From Malacoraja senta (taxonomy: Eukaryota), in assembly GCA_038087875.1 (NCBI GenBank), contig CM075983.1, forward strand, positions 16,926,001 through 16,990,000: 64,000 nucleotides of DNA, written 5' to 3'. Shown in pieces: positions 24,716 to 38,364 of the stretch (position 1 is its first letter; every line of letters begins with the position of its first letter). Below the pieces are notes generated by a model that saw only the letters and a program-made list of their open reading frames with translations, did no database searches and was not told where the DNA came from. Made by a program: the position numbers and the translations under genes.

Positions 24716-27700
24716 GAAGATAACTCCTGCAATGATTGCAATCAGTCAAAAGCTTCAAATATATCACACACAGCTCCTAAGGAGAAGTACTGCTGGTTGC
24801 CAACCTGGCAAACAAGACATTGTCACTTGAGCACTTGCTAGATACAGTCTGTAAAATCCAGTAAATGATTCCAGCAAAGCCCCAGGAGGTTTCAGTTAAG
24901 GCCATGCTTATTTTATTGGATACTAGTTGAGCTTGGACATCTGGTTCACTTGGCAGTGAGTCTTGTACCAGCAAGCACATAAAGTAAGATGGTTGTAGAT
25001 GATGGAGGTCTTAAAAATACTTACTGGCTGGCTGTTTGCAAAAAAAGAGATAGATGCATAAAATAAGGCAGATGACATCTGTGAAGATCTCAAAAACAAG
25101 GCCAACGAACAATGCAGCAAGAGCTACATAACACGCCAGAGGCCATTAGCAAGCTATAGATATAATGTATATTCTTGACAGATCTGGAGGCATCCTTCTG
25201 TATGCAGAGTCTGGGTTGTAGAAAGGAGTGCTCACTACCTGTTGGAACAGGTGTGAAGTGTGAAAATGCAGGAGGAATTTTGAAGAAGGGCAGAAATAAA
25301 TGAAACATTGTGCGGCTAACAGATCAGCAGAAGATAGACACAAAATGCTGGAGTAACTCAGCGGATTAGGCAGCATCTCTGGAGAAAAAGAATAGGTGAC
25401 GTTTTGGGGTCAAGACCTTTCAAAATTGTGCTTTGCTGCTCAGGTGACTTCATTATTGGACATTTCACATATTCCACCAATCTCGCCATGTGCATAATCC
25501 ATTCCCCTTACCCCTATACAACAATTCAGCCACCCATCCTTGTGCAAACATTTCACAGATACCGATTTACTTTAGTACAACTCACATCATAATATTAATC
25601 ATGTGAAAATGCTACTTCCTAACCATAACCCAAAACTGGGGAAGGAAAAAAAGTGCTCAAAAGATGGTTCCAAATTTAATGAGAACCAATGTAAAACTGT
25701 ATTTATTGCCAAGTACACGATACACAAATATGAATCCTTATTTGTATTTGTGTGTGATGCAGCTTTCTGGCAAAGGGAAAGGAGGCCTATTCAGATCTAT
25801 GGTCTTATTGCTGAGAGACTTCTGGCCAGCATTCTCAAATTATCTGTGTCTATGCAAAGGCATATGCCATTTTGGGGGCATGAATTAGCATGTTCGTTGT
25901 GGAGCACTCATTAAGGATGCAACAAATGAGAAATTGACATTTATGTCTCCTTCCACCACCGTATAGTGCATATAGAATCATTGAAATGTCATAGTACAGA
26001 AGGAGAAAATTCAGTCCAAGTCTAGGGCAGCAATGCAATCCCATACCATTCTTTGTCTCTTATTTTCTGTACCTCTGCAAATTATTCTCTCTCAATAACA
26101 TTTGTGATTCCCAATTGAAAGCATTAATTGGTTCTGTTTCCAACACCCTTATAGACAGCAAATTAAGTAATGAACAATGACGGGAAGTTCTTCACATTCC
26201 CATTTTATTCCTCACTCGAGTATTCCCAACACTTTGATCCTGTCATCAAACAAAGCAATGCCCTAGAGCCCTTATCCTTACCTGTGCCATAACTTTTAAA
26301 AGTTGGTTCCAATTCTTAAAGACTAAAGTGTTCCTAAAGTGTTTATTTATAAAGAATTTGTAAAGAACTATGGGCAAAACGAAGTCCGATGCATGTTGAT
26401 TGGTGTGGGCAAATTGGACCGAAGGGCCTGTTTCCATGCTGTTGTGTCTCTATGACTCTAACTGACAGCTGCCAGCCCATCCTGATCCACAACATTTGAG
26501 AGCTTACAATTGTTTTTGAAGTTTGTTGGATATGGCTTCTTGCTGATGTATCCTTGTTGTATTCTCTTTCCTATGGACCTCAAGATCTGGAAGCAGCAGC
26601 TGTCGATGATTCTGCTGGTGCAGATGCTGTATACTGCTGCTTTTGGAAATGGTGTCCATGCTGCTTCTGCTCTTGGTCATTTTGGTCCTTCTATGAAGTC
26701 AAAAATAACATACAACATCAGTGTAACCATCCTGACCTGAATGACCAGCATTCCGCTGTGCAGGTCAAATTTCGAACTTGTAATTTGTCAAAAGAACCCC
26801 CAAGCACTAGTCTTTTGTATATGCCGGCTAAGAAGATGGCTGTGAAGATTTAGTACTTACTGTCTTTGTCCTGTTTGGCCTTTGGTCCCAAAAGTTGGGC
26901 AGTCATGCTTTGCTTTCACTTGCAAGCCTGGGATACAAACTGCAAAAAGCTAAATCATGGTTGTAATCAACCAATTAATATTTTGGAATTGATAACCGCT
27001 ACTCTTCTTGAATAGAGTCAGTGCACACTCATTAGTCACTATTAAGTGTATATATTGGTGGACTTTCACAGGTTTCCCCCCATGCTGTGATTATCTGTAG
27101 GTTTAACTCCCACCCCATAGTTTTTTACAGATGAAAATTCATCCCCTCATGGAGTGGAAGATTTGGTAAAAAATAACACTGGGCTTTAATTGTACATTCT
27201 GAATATTGTTATGCTCCTTGCTACAAAATAACTATTTATTATCATTCCTGATCTCTTGAGGCCGTTGTTAGGGTATGCTACATTAGATGTGCTACCTCCA
27301 AAATTGGGCCACATACAATTTTGAAGCCACTCATATTACTATTGAGTAATGTTAGATTTTCTCACACTGTTCCTCCAGGTTCAGATGTCATGGGAAGAGT
27401 GTATTGTTCTGTATTTAAACCCTTCTTCAGGAAATGTTTACTTGCAATATTTTGTTCAAAGAAAGCATATATCTGCAAAAGATGTGCTGCATTGTGAGTG
27501 TAATTGAGCTTCATACTGCTTTTTGACACTGGGTGCAAATGGTTATCATTGCTTCTCTAGTTTGCAAGGTATTCTCCCTGGGATAAGCTCATTGTTTACT
27601 AGCATTGTAAGAATTTTCACTGAGCATGCCACCTAAGACTATAATATATATGCAGAGGGACTTGTCCAGCATGTTGTGGAATAACTATAAAGCACAAGGA

Positions 27701-28595
27701 AAGTATGGTGATATCATCTTGCAGAATATAGCATTCCAAGCAAAATATCCTATTCTGAACACATCGGTAGACTCTGGACAGAGAATCATGATGTGAGAAT
27801 TAAAACAAAGTACTGTGCAGAGTGTACTTAGCTCTAGGCACTGCTACAGAAGTGTGTGGAAATAGCTATCAACAGCCAAATGTTCACACTTGATTTGGTT
27901 GTTGTCAGAGAGCAGAGTAACTTCTTCCCTGCTCCTGGTGTTCTCGTTTCCTTTCACCAGTGGGTGACAAAGCCAATGCGAGTGCCTGTGCTTGTTTATA
28001 GGGACTAAGAGCACACCCGGGAATGGCTGCATTTTGCTGACCCTGAGAACCATTTCAGGCTACACACTCTAGTTAAAACAAAAGCAAAAATTCCAATTGT
28101 CTGGCTTTCTATGTGAATCCAATCTAGAGAGTTCCCAAGTAAACATTTAATGAGCAGCGATGTATGAAAGGACCCAGGGTATTCTCCCCAAAATTGGAAA
28201 CATTCTTCAGCTCTGATTTTGCCCCTCCATGCAAAATGTGCTAATGCCTTCAGACTCCCTTCAACAGTGTGCTGACCAAGAGCTGGAGGACAATGAGAAA
28301 TTGATCTTTCAGCACCGGTGCTAAATAAATGCAAACGTAAAAGTTGTGCATATTATGCTACCTTGCAAATTTGGTTCCATTCGCTTTAATAAGTGACCAT
28401 GGGCAAATCATCTTACTTTTATTTTTAAAAAATCATCTGAGATCAGCAGGTGGGAGATTGCCTCCACTCTGACCAGCAGCCCTTCTTGTGCTGCTTGCAC
28501 ACCTGATACCAATTATTGCCTTTTTGCTTGCAACAGATTAGAGTAAACAAGTAGCGCTCCAGACCTAGAGTTTGTTCAGAAATCCCAGAATCTTA

Positions 28596-29068
28596 AGGGC
28601 CTGTCCCACGAGCATGCGACAAGCGCGACCAAACCGGAAGCGGGGGCCACGCGAGGGTCGCGCGGAGGTCGAGTGATCCCCGCACAGGGCCGGTCCCTCC
28701 AGCATGCGGCGAGCGCGACCAAACCGGAAACGGGGTCGCGCGGAGGTCGAGTGAGTGACGTGAAGTTCGAGCCAAGTTCGCGCGTGACGTACGGCGTCAA
28801 GACGCTGCGTACGGCGTCGAGACGCTGCGCACACCCGTCGAGGCGGTGCGTATGGCGTCGAGGCGGCTGCGGGTCGACAGGCCGTTGCCGCGCGGAATTT
28901 TTGAACACTCAGTTTTTCAGAGCCCCGCGCGATGTCGGGACCAGCTCCGCACAACTCCATACGGCTCCGGCGATCAAAGTGGGACCGGCCCCGCGAGGCC
29001 GTACGGCTCAAGCGACCACATTAGGTCGCGCTTGCCGCATGCAGTCGCATGCTCGTGGGACAGGCCCT
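28596..29068. mobile_element. PIF/Harbinger-type MITE, CpG-rich and probably young
   Basis: TIR AGGGCCTGTCCCACGAGCATGCGAC (25 bp perfect), flanks TTA/TAA, internal short repeats. Confidence 0.85.
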
Positions 29069-30322
29069 TAAGTGATTTCCAAATTACAGTGACCGTTTAC
29101 AGTGAAGTTTAGAGAGTTAACATCTTACTATGAGATAAGGACAAGGCAGGTTAGGAAAATACTACTTTCTTTCACATAGGAGATATGGACATAATTGGCA
29201 TGTTCAGCATTTATTACTTATCTCTCATTGCACTTGAAAAGGTGACAATGAGCTGCATCCTTATGCCTCTGCACCCTTTGTGGTAAAGGCATGTACACAG
29301 TTCCACTTTGGAATTTCCAAGATTTTTCCCCTAGTAAAAATGGAAAAAATGCAGCAATATTATTCCAAGTCTTGAATACGAGCTTGAAAATATTCAATCC
29401 CATTTCTAATTTGTAATGATAGAATGACTTTGCAGAGGCAATATATGCTGCATTTGACCGTTTTTTATTTATGCGACTGTTCCAGTTGTTAGTTCCAGTT
29501 TTATTTATGACGCTGTTCAAAGTTCCCGATTAATGGCAGTCTCCTGCACACCTACCCCAGGAACCACTGGGTATTCATCAATTGAGAATCTACAGTGGAA
29601 ATCCCATTGAATATCATGTTCAAATATCTGATTAACCGTAAAATTTATTGTGGGTTAAAGCTTGCAAATGAGGATATGCAGTAAAACAGAGTTTCATCTT
29701 GTATGAACCAAAAGATGTGAACTGGTATTCTTAACGTGGAGACTTACAGCTGACGTTGTTTTCAACTTTACTTCAACCCATTACATGGTTAATGGCTATA
29801 ATCCAGTGTCTCAGGACTGAGTGAACAGATATAAAAACTGAAAAAGCTGAAGGTTCTCAAGAGATCAGACAGCATCTGGGACGAGAGAAGCATTCAGTTT
29901 AACTCTGTTCCTTTATTAATGCTTCCTGACCCTTTGAGAATTCCTGCCACTTTCTGCCTTTATTTCCGATTTTCAGCATCTATAGTGCTTTGCTTTTCAA
30001 TTACCTACTCATAACTTTGCCGGGTGCATTGCCAGATGGCAATTGTGTGAAGGCCTGTCACCTCTCAGCCAGAGAGCTGGGCCTGCAGTTCTCTTGGACC
30101 AGTAGATGAATATTTCACGTTAAAAGTTTTCATTTGAAAATATGAATGATACCAGGCTATGCAATCACAGAAATTGACATTTTTGAGATGAGAGATGCAT
30201 TTAATTAATACATTTCAGGTTCTTTGTTTCTGCAATGATCTTTGACAGAATGGTGTTCACAGACGTGATATTTTTGATTTTCTTGTTTCCTTTCACCTTG
30301 TCTTTCCTCATTTCGATTCTAG

Positions 30323-30382
30323 GAACCAACGCAAAGAAACAGGGCGATGATCTTGCTGATAATGATGGCGATGAAGATGAAG
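30323..30382 (+). CDS. NLGN3: Neuroligin-3 alternatively spliced insert A2 exon (60 nt, phase 1-1)
   Basis: Pyrimidine tract + TAG acceptor, AG|GTATTT donor. Encodes (G)[19 protein letters not shown], closest to the NLGN3 A2 insert ([20 protein letters not shown]) rather than the NLGN1/2/4 inserts. Confidence 0.95.
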
Positions 30383-30406
30383 GTATTTTTCGGTGCTCGA
30401 AAATGG

Positions 30407-30496
30407 TGCATGAATGCAGAACAGAAACCTTTTTAGACCTCCTGATTTTTTAAGTTTCTTGTTTTGGGGGAGATTTTTAAGGTGACATTGTGCATG
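30407..30496 (+). promoter_or_regulatory. Candidate Rbfox (TGCATG) intronic splicing enhancers downstream of the A2 exon
   Basis: TGCATG at 30407 and 30491, within 115 nt of the weak GTATTT donor. Confidence 0.55.
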
Positions 30497-31403
30497 TTTC
30501 CTTGCACTTTTTTTCTCCTCAATCCGACAGTGCATTTTTCCACGCAATACATGTTTTTATAAAGGGAAAGATTAAATGATTGAATTTGTATTGATGTGGT
30601 TGAAATAAAGCTGCACCAATGGGAAGTATAAATGATAGCATTTAGCAAGATCCAATTTTAGCATTGTCTTGCTGTTTCACTGTCTGCAGAGCCCAAGACA
30701 CATTCCTCTCATAATCACCTCCTTGGTTCTTTGCTTCTGCTCCAGTTTTGTTTCAAACTGTGAAGTTATTTACAATTTTGTTTTACATGAATTTGGGTCC
30801 TCATAACTTCCAATAAAAACACTTTCCACCGTCTTTCTGGAGCTGTCTAATGCGTAAACCATTATCCACCTGGGAGGCCGGGCAGATTCAAGGCCTTTGT
30901 CACTCTCAAGCAATAGTTAGGGTAAAGAATCTCCCTAAACCTAAACAGCAAACTCCATCTTGCGTTGGTGGTCCTGCTGAGACTGGAGACCGACCGATCA
31001 AGTGTGGGCTCCTGTCCTCATTCAAATACAGTGATTGGTCTGACTTTGTAGCGTTTCATCATCGTTTCCTTCAATAATTTGGTGAGAAATTGAAAGAAGA
31101 TTTGTTCTAATCGAATATGCCTCCAAATACCAGAGACCTTCTGCAGCTCTTGCCCCAAACTGCATCGACACAAATAACTCTGAAATATAATGAAATTGTA
31201 AACATTTGAATTGAATTATAATATTGCATTTGCACAAGGACAAAATGTAATTAAAAGATGATTCTCTCGCTGCCAATAAATCTTTCATAATAAAAGACAA
31301 GCGCATATAGGATCTTTCCTTCACCATAAATTCTGACTAGTTAAGAGTTTAATTTGAATTTAAACATTCAGTGTCATTCAGGATCTGTCTGTGCGTACGT
31401 GTC

Positions 31404-31516
31404 AGAGAGAGAGAGAGAGGGGGGGGGAGGAGAGAGAGAAAGAATATGTATGTGTGTGTTTCTGTGGTATAACCTGAAGTATGTGTATGTGTGTGTTTCT
31501 GTGGTATAACCTGAAG
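31404..31516. repeat. (GA)n/G-run microsatellite followed by a short tandem duplication
   Basis: AGAGAGAG..GGGG..AGAG, then TATGTGTGTGTTTCTGTGGTATAACCTGAAG twice. Confidence 0.8.
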
Positions 31517-32169
31517 ATCTCATAAATAACAATGTGGTGCTAATAGTATTTGCCTCATGATTAGGATGCTGACGATATAACGTTTCTCTGCCTCCCCAGC
31601 ATTCCCAACCTCTAGGAGTGGTGTAATTAAACAGTGTATCACACTGCCCCCTTTAATGATTTGTTTGGCATTGAACTGCTGGGATTAATAGTGCATGTGA
31701 CTCGATACTGCATGTTGTACTTGATCATGCGTGCAGCATTAAAAAGCAACTGATGGCTTCTTGTATAGATCCTTGAAAATATTGTATGGGCTTTAGCGTC
31801 AGAAAAATCCATCAGCTGCCCATGTGAGGTCAACAATGAAATGCAGGTATAGAGAAACACATATTAAGTACGCTTTAAAGGTTTTGTAATCTGGCTGAGT
31901 GAAAACTGCTTGAGCAGGCTGCAGTGGCAGAGAAGTAAGATCATTTATCTCAGGCGAAAAGGTTGTTGCGACGGGTAATAAATCTCTACATGCAATTGGA
32001 TCAAAAGATATAGAAGAGAAAAGAGAAAGATATGACTCCAACCTCTTATTGTCTATCATATGAATGTGAAGGTCTCTGTGGAAAATGCATGTGTAAATGT
32101 GAATCTTTGAAAAATGTATTACTGGTAGTCCACGTGTAGGCGTTTATATTGAAGATATTGTGTACAAAA

Positions 32170-32480
32170 TCATGAGAGACATAGATCGGGTAGTCTCTTG
32201 CCCAGAGTCAGGGATTCAAGAACCAGAGGACATAGGTTTACTAAAAACCTGAGTGGTAACTTTTTCAAACAAGGGGTGGTGGGTGTATGGAACGAGCTGC
32301 CAGAGGAGGTAGGTACTATCGCAATGTTTAAGAAACATTTGGACAGGTACGTAGATTGGACAGGTTTAGAGGGATATGGACCAAACGCAGACAGGTGGGA
32401 CCAGAGTAGATGGGACATGCTGGCCGGTGTGGGAAAATTGGACTAAAAGGACTGTTTCTACGCTGTATAGCTCTATGCCT
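32170..32480 (+). mobile_element. CR1-type LINE 3' fragment
   Basis: SRTRGHRF..FFKQGVVGVWNELPEEV..FKKHLDRY. Confidence 0.85.
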
Positions 32481-35426
32481 CTACATGAGTCATATCTTGC
32501 AGGTCACGGTGAGCTCTGGGTGTTCTCAGTGAGTTGGTGTAGTGTCAGCTTGTGGGTGGGAAGAGACATTTTATGTCGCGGTGATCCTCGGGGCAATTTT
32601 CACCTTCATAGATAGGGTGCTAAACAGGGATCAAGGTCTCTTCTCACGCACTTTAAAGGAGAAAATTACCTGCCTTCTGTCTTCATCTTTAAATTGGATA
32701 TTAGCATTACAAATTGTAATTGGGAAAATAACAGTTGAGTTCTACAAATAGGAATAATGGTCGGACAGTACTGAATGTAATCTTGAAATCTGCACCATCA
32801 TTGTCGGTCAGTCTTTTATCTCCTTTGCATATGTCCTTGCTTTGAAATTCATAAATGTATACATATTGTCAAATATGCGCAACCGCTTGTGGAGCACGCA
32901 AAAATATAGCACTGTATGCGCATTCGGCGCAGTCCCCACTGTGTTTAATGAGAATCTCATCAGCCATAGGCTTAAAGCAAATGACTTGTTCATTACCTAT
33001 CAATGAATGTCTAGTTTAGACCTCACTGCAAGCTTTATACTGCTTTATGTTCACATTAGCAGAGACCTTCTTAGAATGGTCACTTGTGAAGGAAGAGATT
33101 GAATACAGATGTCTCAGTTCAAAAAGTATTTAAAATCCCAATAACATTTGTGTGTTACAGTATGAAATACCTTGGCAAAAATTATGGTAACCAGTATTAA
33201 AAGCTTCCTGCACTTTCATGGGAAAATTGAAGGAATTACCTGTTTCATATATTCTGTGCCATTTTCGTTGCTGATTATAACGCCCTTCTCAGGATCACTT
33301 TGAGGCTGACTGAGCTTCAGTCACAATCTGAAAAGCCGAGCTTTTAGGTAGCCTTGTCAGGAGGATAAAGCAAGGTGGGCTGTGAGAGAACAACATGTGA
33401 AACAGCATGTTTCCCAGGTAGGTGACAGCCTGCATCTGTGAATGACAAAAGAGGCAGCCAATAATGGAATTCCCTGTTCCCTCCATCATTTATTCTGTTC
33501 AACAGTGGCTGTTGTCTGTTATTTGATGCCCACAACAGGTACTGAACCCTCATCTCTTTGTGCACACCCCCTCTACCCTTGCCTGTGTTTCGTGTGTCCA
33601 CACTTTGGTGTTCAATGTCTGTTGTGCATGTATAAAAACCATGAGAGCTTGCTGCAGACACACACTGATACCAGGTGCCTAAGTTGGCAAGAGTGAGTTA
33701 GGGGAGGGGGAATGGGATGAAAAGGAAGTGCAGTGACTCTTGGGTAATTAATATTTGGAACAATGTTGAGAACATAGCCACCATTTTGCTGTTATATTCA
33801 AAGATAATTTGATTTTGTTTCGTCAGACCCAACAGTATATGTTGGCACCCACAAAGTAGAAAATACAATGTAGGTTTATCCTCTCCAGAATTGTTCCCCA
33901 TTTCCTCCTCCCTGTTACCCTACACTCTCTAAAGTTCACTAATTCAACAGACTGTGACTTGTATCACTGAAACAAATGACTGAAAGGACTTTATTTTCAC
34001 TGTCAATAAAATGTTTCTTCAGGCCAATTTCAGACACTGTGCATTGTGAGGCTTGTCAACCATGGAAGGAATAAGTAATTGAGAAATGCATATTAGATAA
34101 TGATTGGGAGCAGGGTGACTGGTCAATTGAGATTCCTTTCACCTCATTCAGGAAATTATATTTCCCTGTTTCTTAAAGATTATTTTAAATTAGATTGGGA
34201 TGTCAGTGTACTAAATCCTAGAAAATTGTTATTGGGCAAAGCCTGGCTTCAAAGATCAAGTATTAAGATCAATATTATCTAAAATGGATAATTAGATTCT
34301 AGCCTGTAAAACACCCTTGGAAATCCATTATGATATCAACAAAATATTTGTCACCTCAATTATATACTTGTCTGTAACTTATTGTAAGGCTCTTGATTTT
34401 TTTTCCAGTTGTTTTTGTTTAGGTTTTCTCCCCTCTACTGGAGTTACTACCTTTTGAGATATTTTGCCATTTCCTTGCCCTGTTGAGACTTTTGTTCTTC
34501 TAACAATAGACCCAAATGCTGTTAATTACTGGCATTCAACAAGTAATTGTAACACAATGTAGTTATGTCATGAGAAAGTATCATAATTGTCAAAGTTTTG
34601 AATAAAGACCGTTGTCGGTCGATACTCATATTAGTTTGCACATTTGGTTTGAAATTGCCAGCTATGGCATATCCTCCCGACTGAAACCAAGGTGTTTTAA
34701 ATTTTAGATCAATTTCAAATGGGGTTACATTATTTCTGAGATTGGTGAATATAATGATTAACAGCATAAATTGCAGTTCCATTCTCTAATGCTAAATATC
34801 ACCTTGAAACTCAATGAAGAGTCTACAAGACAAATAAAACATGGGAAGTAACTGCTCTGGTCAGAACTGACAGAGTGACAATCCATTCATTGTTCACCAT
34901 GTTTATTTGCTGAACAGGGAACTATCGATGAGAGTAACACAACATCTAAATTTCACATTCTTTTAAACTGATTTATTGCGATCTATCTTTACAATTTACA
35001 ATTTTTCTAAGCATCAAAATTTCACCACACTATCATTGATTTTCCATCTGTACTCAGTTAGCCTGGAACTTAACACCTGGTATCTGTAGTGTGTCTGCTG
35101 GCACATTTACTTATGCCTGATGATTGAGGTGTACTGTTGCCCTGTATTTATCATATGTTGGTTTCCACTGTGGCACATTAGTGCCTGGTGAATGCAGTAT
35201 TTGAGCCCCAATGATTATCATGTTGTTGTGAGTTGGTGCCTGGTGGTCCCAATCTCCTAGTACCCTGTGCTTATGAAACATTGGTGCTAGGCGATAAGTT
35301 GGTGCCTTTTATTTAATCTCTGCAGGTTTCCAATGATCAAAGTGTGTTTGAACCTTAATTGTTGTCATCATGACCAAAACCAGAGCGCGGTGTCACTTGG
35401 CTTTTCTATTGTTCCTTCTCTTTCAG

Positions 35427-35576
35427 ATATTCGTGACAGTGGGCCCAAGCCGGTTATGGTGTACATTCATGGAGGGTCATACATGGAGGGAACAGGAAAT
35501 ATGATCGATGGCAGCATACTGGCAAGCTATGGCAATGTCATTGTTATCACCCTCAACTACCGTGTTGGTGTCCTGG
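35427..35576 (+). CDS. NLGN3: Neuroligin-3 cholinesterase-like domain exon (150 nt, phase 1-1)
   Basis: TTTCAG acceptor, G|GTAAG donor. Encodes [50 protein letters not shown](G); GNMIDGSIL and TLNYRVGVL are NLGN3-type. In frame with the A2 exon. Confidence 0.97.
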
Positions 35577-37025
35577 GTAAGAAAAATAACTACATTTTAT
35601 CTGATAATTTTAGACAATGAAAGAACATTATCAGCTGGCATAAAGTATTTTTGCTCCGAAATAATGTCTTCCGTGAGAAAATGAAACCATTGATGCCTCA
35701 GGAGTTATACAGATATATACATTAGTAGATTGTTTTGAATGTATGACTGTTAAAATTCTGCTTTGTTACCAGGGAAATTGAATTTGGTGGTCTCTTGTAT
35801 TGCTCCCATCAATGTCTAGGAGCAGACTTGGATATAGACAGGCTAGGATATCGATATGACATAAGTGTTATTGCAGTTGGTCCAAACCTAATTCTGCTGA
35901 CGCCCTCCCTACCAAAGACAGGTTCTACCTGCCCTAGAGCAAAGATTCACCGGATTGGTTCCAGTGATAGTGAGTTGGCCATATGACGAGAGATTGGTTA
36001 GACCAATATTCTCTCCATTTTCAAAGAACGTGTGGAAATCGCAGCGAAACATACAAAATTCTTACAGGGTTTCACAGACTGAATGAAGGGATGCTGTTTC
36101 ATTGGCTAAGGAGTCTAGAACCATTTAGGATTGAGATGAGAACAAAATGATCCTTATAAGGAGTGATGAATCTTTGGAATTCTCTCAGAGGTCAAAACGG
36201 TGGTTGATAATTTTCTTGGGCATTACAGGAATCAAGGGATATGGGAATATCGGAATTAAGGGATATGGGGTATAATGCAATACCTTAACAAAAGACAGAG
36301 CAAACTCTAATATGTTCTGGACAGCCTCCTCCTGCTCCTATGCAAGATTATCTTATATTCTCTTGCATACATTGATGCTCTTGCTTTCTGTAAGCAGTCT
36401 GAGTAATTTACACTGAAGAGATTTTAATACTGTCCAAATAATAACAACAAAGGATAGATACTAGGGGTGTAACAACAGTAATTAGAAACATAGGAACTGG
36501 GGACATTCAGCAGTTAACATTTCTTGTCAATGATGGCAAAGCTAAGAAGAAAATAGTTTTAAATTGGAGAGCAGGGGAGAAGGATTGATGATGCAAAGAA
36601 TATGTCTGGTAGGGTGTAGCTTGGATGACTGATGTTTACTGAGCTGTCTGATTAATAGGTTAAAGAGAGAGAAAAAAAACAAAAGGATGTATTAAAGCTG
36701 TAAAATATAGGACAGACCGGTTTTCTAAATGTGAAACAAAAGCATAATCCTGAAGATGCCCATTAGATTTTTAAAATAAAGAGTTAATAATACAAATAGA
36801 TAACCTTACAGAAGAGCTGGATAGTTCTGAAGAAAATAGAAAATCTGTGAGTTACTAAAATTGTTGAATTGAATGCTGAAAGCTTCAATGTGTTCAGATG
36901 GGAGATAAAGTGCAACTCCCAGCTGGTCAGGCAACATTTGTGGAGGGAATGGACAGGCAATGTTTCCGGTTGGGATCCTTCTTCAATCTGAAGTCACGTC
37001 CATTTTCTACACAGATGCTGCCTGA

Positions 37026-37520
37026 AGGCTTGGATAGAGTGGATGTGGAGAGGATGTTTCCACTAGTGGGAGAGTCTAGGACTAGAGGTCATACCTCAGA
37101 ATTAAAGGATGTTCCTTTAGGAAGGAGATGGGGAAGAATTTCTTTAGTCAGAGGGTGGTGAATCTGTGGAATTTTTTGCCACAGGCGGCTTCTTCTTCTT
37201 GCGCTGCATAAAGTTGTAAGACAACTTGTTCTATTTGATCTTATTTGATCTTATTTGATTGTGCACGCCGGGTTGATTGCATTCATCGAAACAGAATGGA
37301 CCACGTGAAGGTTGCAATCTCCCCCCCTACGGAAGGCAATGTCAATGGATATTTTTAAGGTAGCGATAGATAGATTCTTGATTAGTATGGGTGTCAGGGG
37401 TTATGGTAGAAGGCAGGAGAATGGGGTTATGAGGGAGAGATAGAACAGCCACGATTGAATGGTGGAGTAGACTTGATGGGACGAATGGCCTAATTCTGCA
37501 CCTATCACTTATGACCTTAT
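37026..37520 (+). mobile_element. CR1-type LINE 3' fragment inserted in a Penelope end and interrupted by the ribozyme retroposon
   Basis: GLDRVDVERMFPLVGESRTRGH; tail CTTATGACCTTATGAC. Confidence 0.8.
37189..37328 (-). mobile_element. Second copy of the HDV-ribozyme-headed short retroposon
   Basis: AGGGGGG-GA-GATTGCA-ACC-TTCACGT-GGT-CCATTCT-GTTTCGA-TGAA-TGCAATC...GCAAGAAGAAGAAG; catalytic C changed to T. Confidence 0.8.
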
Positions 37521-38364
37521 GACCTGCTGAGTTCCTACACTTTGTGTTTTACTGAAGATTCCTGCATCTGCCGATTCTTGTGTCTCCCTGCAGGTCATTG
37601 TCTGCACACATGTGGCTTTGTGAACACCATAAGTTAACTCTGAGATGACTATTGGAAGTGAATAATACTTATCCACTCCATTTTCTGGGCTTCTATCACA
37701 TTTGCTTAATTCTGTAACAGTTCACTGGGTTGCTAAGTCACCAGGACAGTTACAGGTCAGCAAGGGCTATCAGTTGACAGTATGATGTGATAAAAAATAA
37801 ATTCTTGAGATGTGTACATTGCTGGGAGAACTCGCTATATTGTTCATCCCAAATTGACTGAGGCGCAATTAAGAGTCAACTACACATTTGAATCCAGTCA
37901 CACCTAGTCTGCACTGAGTAAGGATGGCAGGCTTCCTTCCCTGGAGAATATTAACATACACAATGATCTGTTGATTATAATTGTTATCAACATTACAACT
38001 AGCTGTACATTTCCAAGTTTATTTAGTTATGTGATTTTCAATTCTACCGTTGCTATGATGTGATTCAAACTCGTGCCTCTGCATGTTAGCCCACTGTGCC
38101 AGTGCACAATCCACAAGTGGGGAGCATGCGTAAGACATCACGTTACTAAGCGAACTGTAAGAGCATACCATTAACATGCTGAAGCAGTGCCTATATTCTA
38201 CTAGCTGTAAACTTCTGGAGGATACCTGCAATACCTCAACAGGTATATCAAGTCTGTGATGGTACACAGCTGGTTGAGCAACCTTATCATGATGAGAACA
38301 AAGTCCAGGCAAGTTGGAGAGTTTGTTCCTGGCCAGGTTCATCCAACTTGATACAGTAGACATG

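Noticed and set aside
28565-29112. Several Arg/Ala-rich ORFs and an apparent CpG island promoter
   Set aside because: Coincide exactly with a TIR-bounded MITE.
1-30322. NLGN3 A1 exon (VKRISKECARKPNKKICRKG) or the upstream coding exon
   Set aside because: No matching sequence found by eye; probably upstream of the window. A diverged copy cannot be fully excluded.
30235-30453. 72-aa ORF, and the 95-aa ORF at 35333-35620, as stand-alone genes
   Set aside because: They are the NLGN3 exons read through flanking intron; the hydrophobic stretch is the translated pyrimidine tract.
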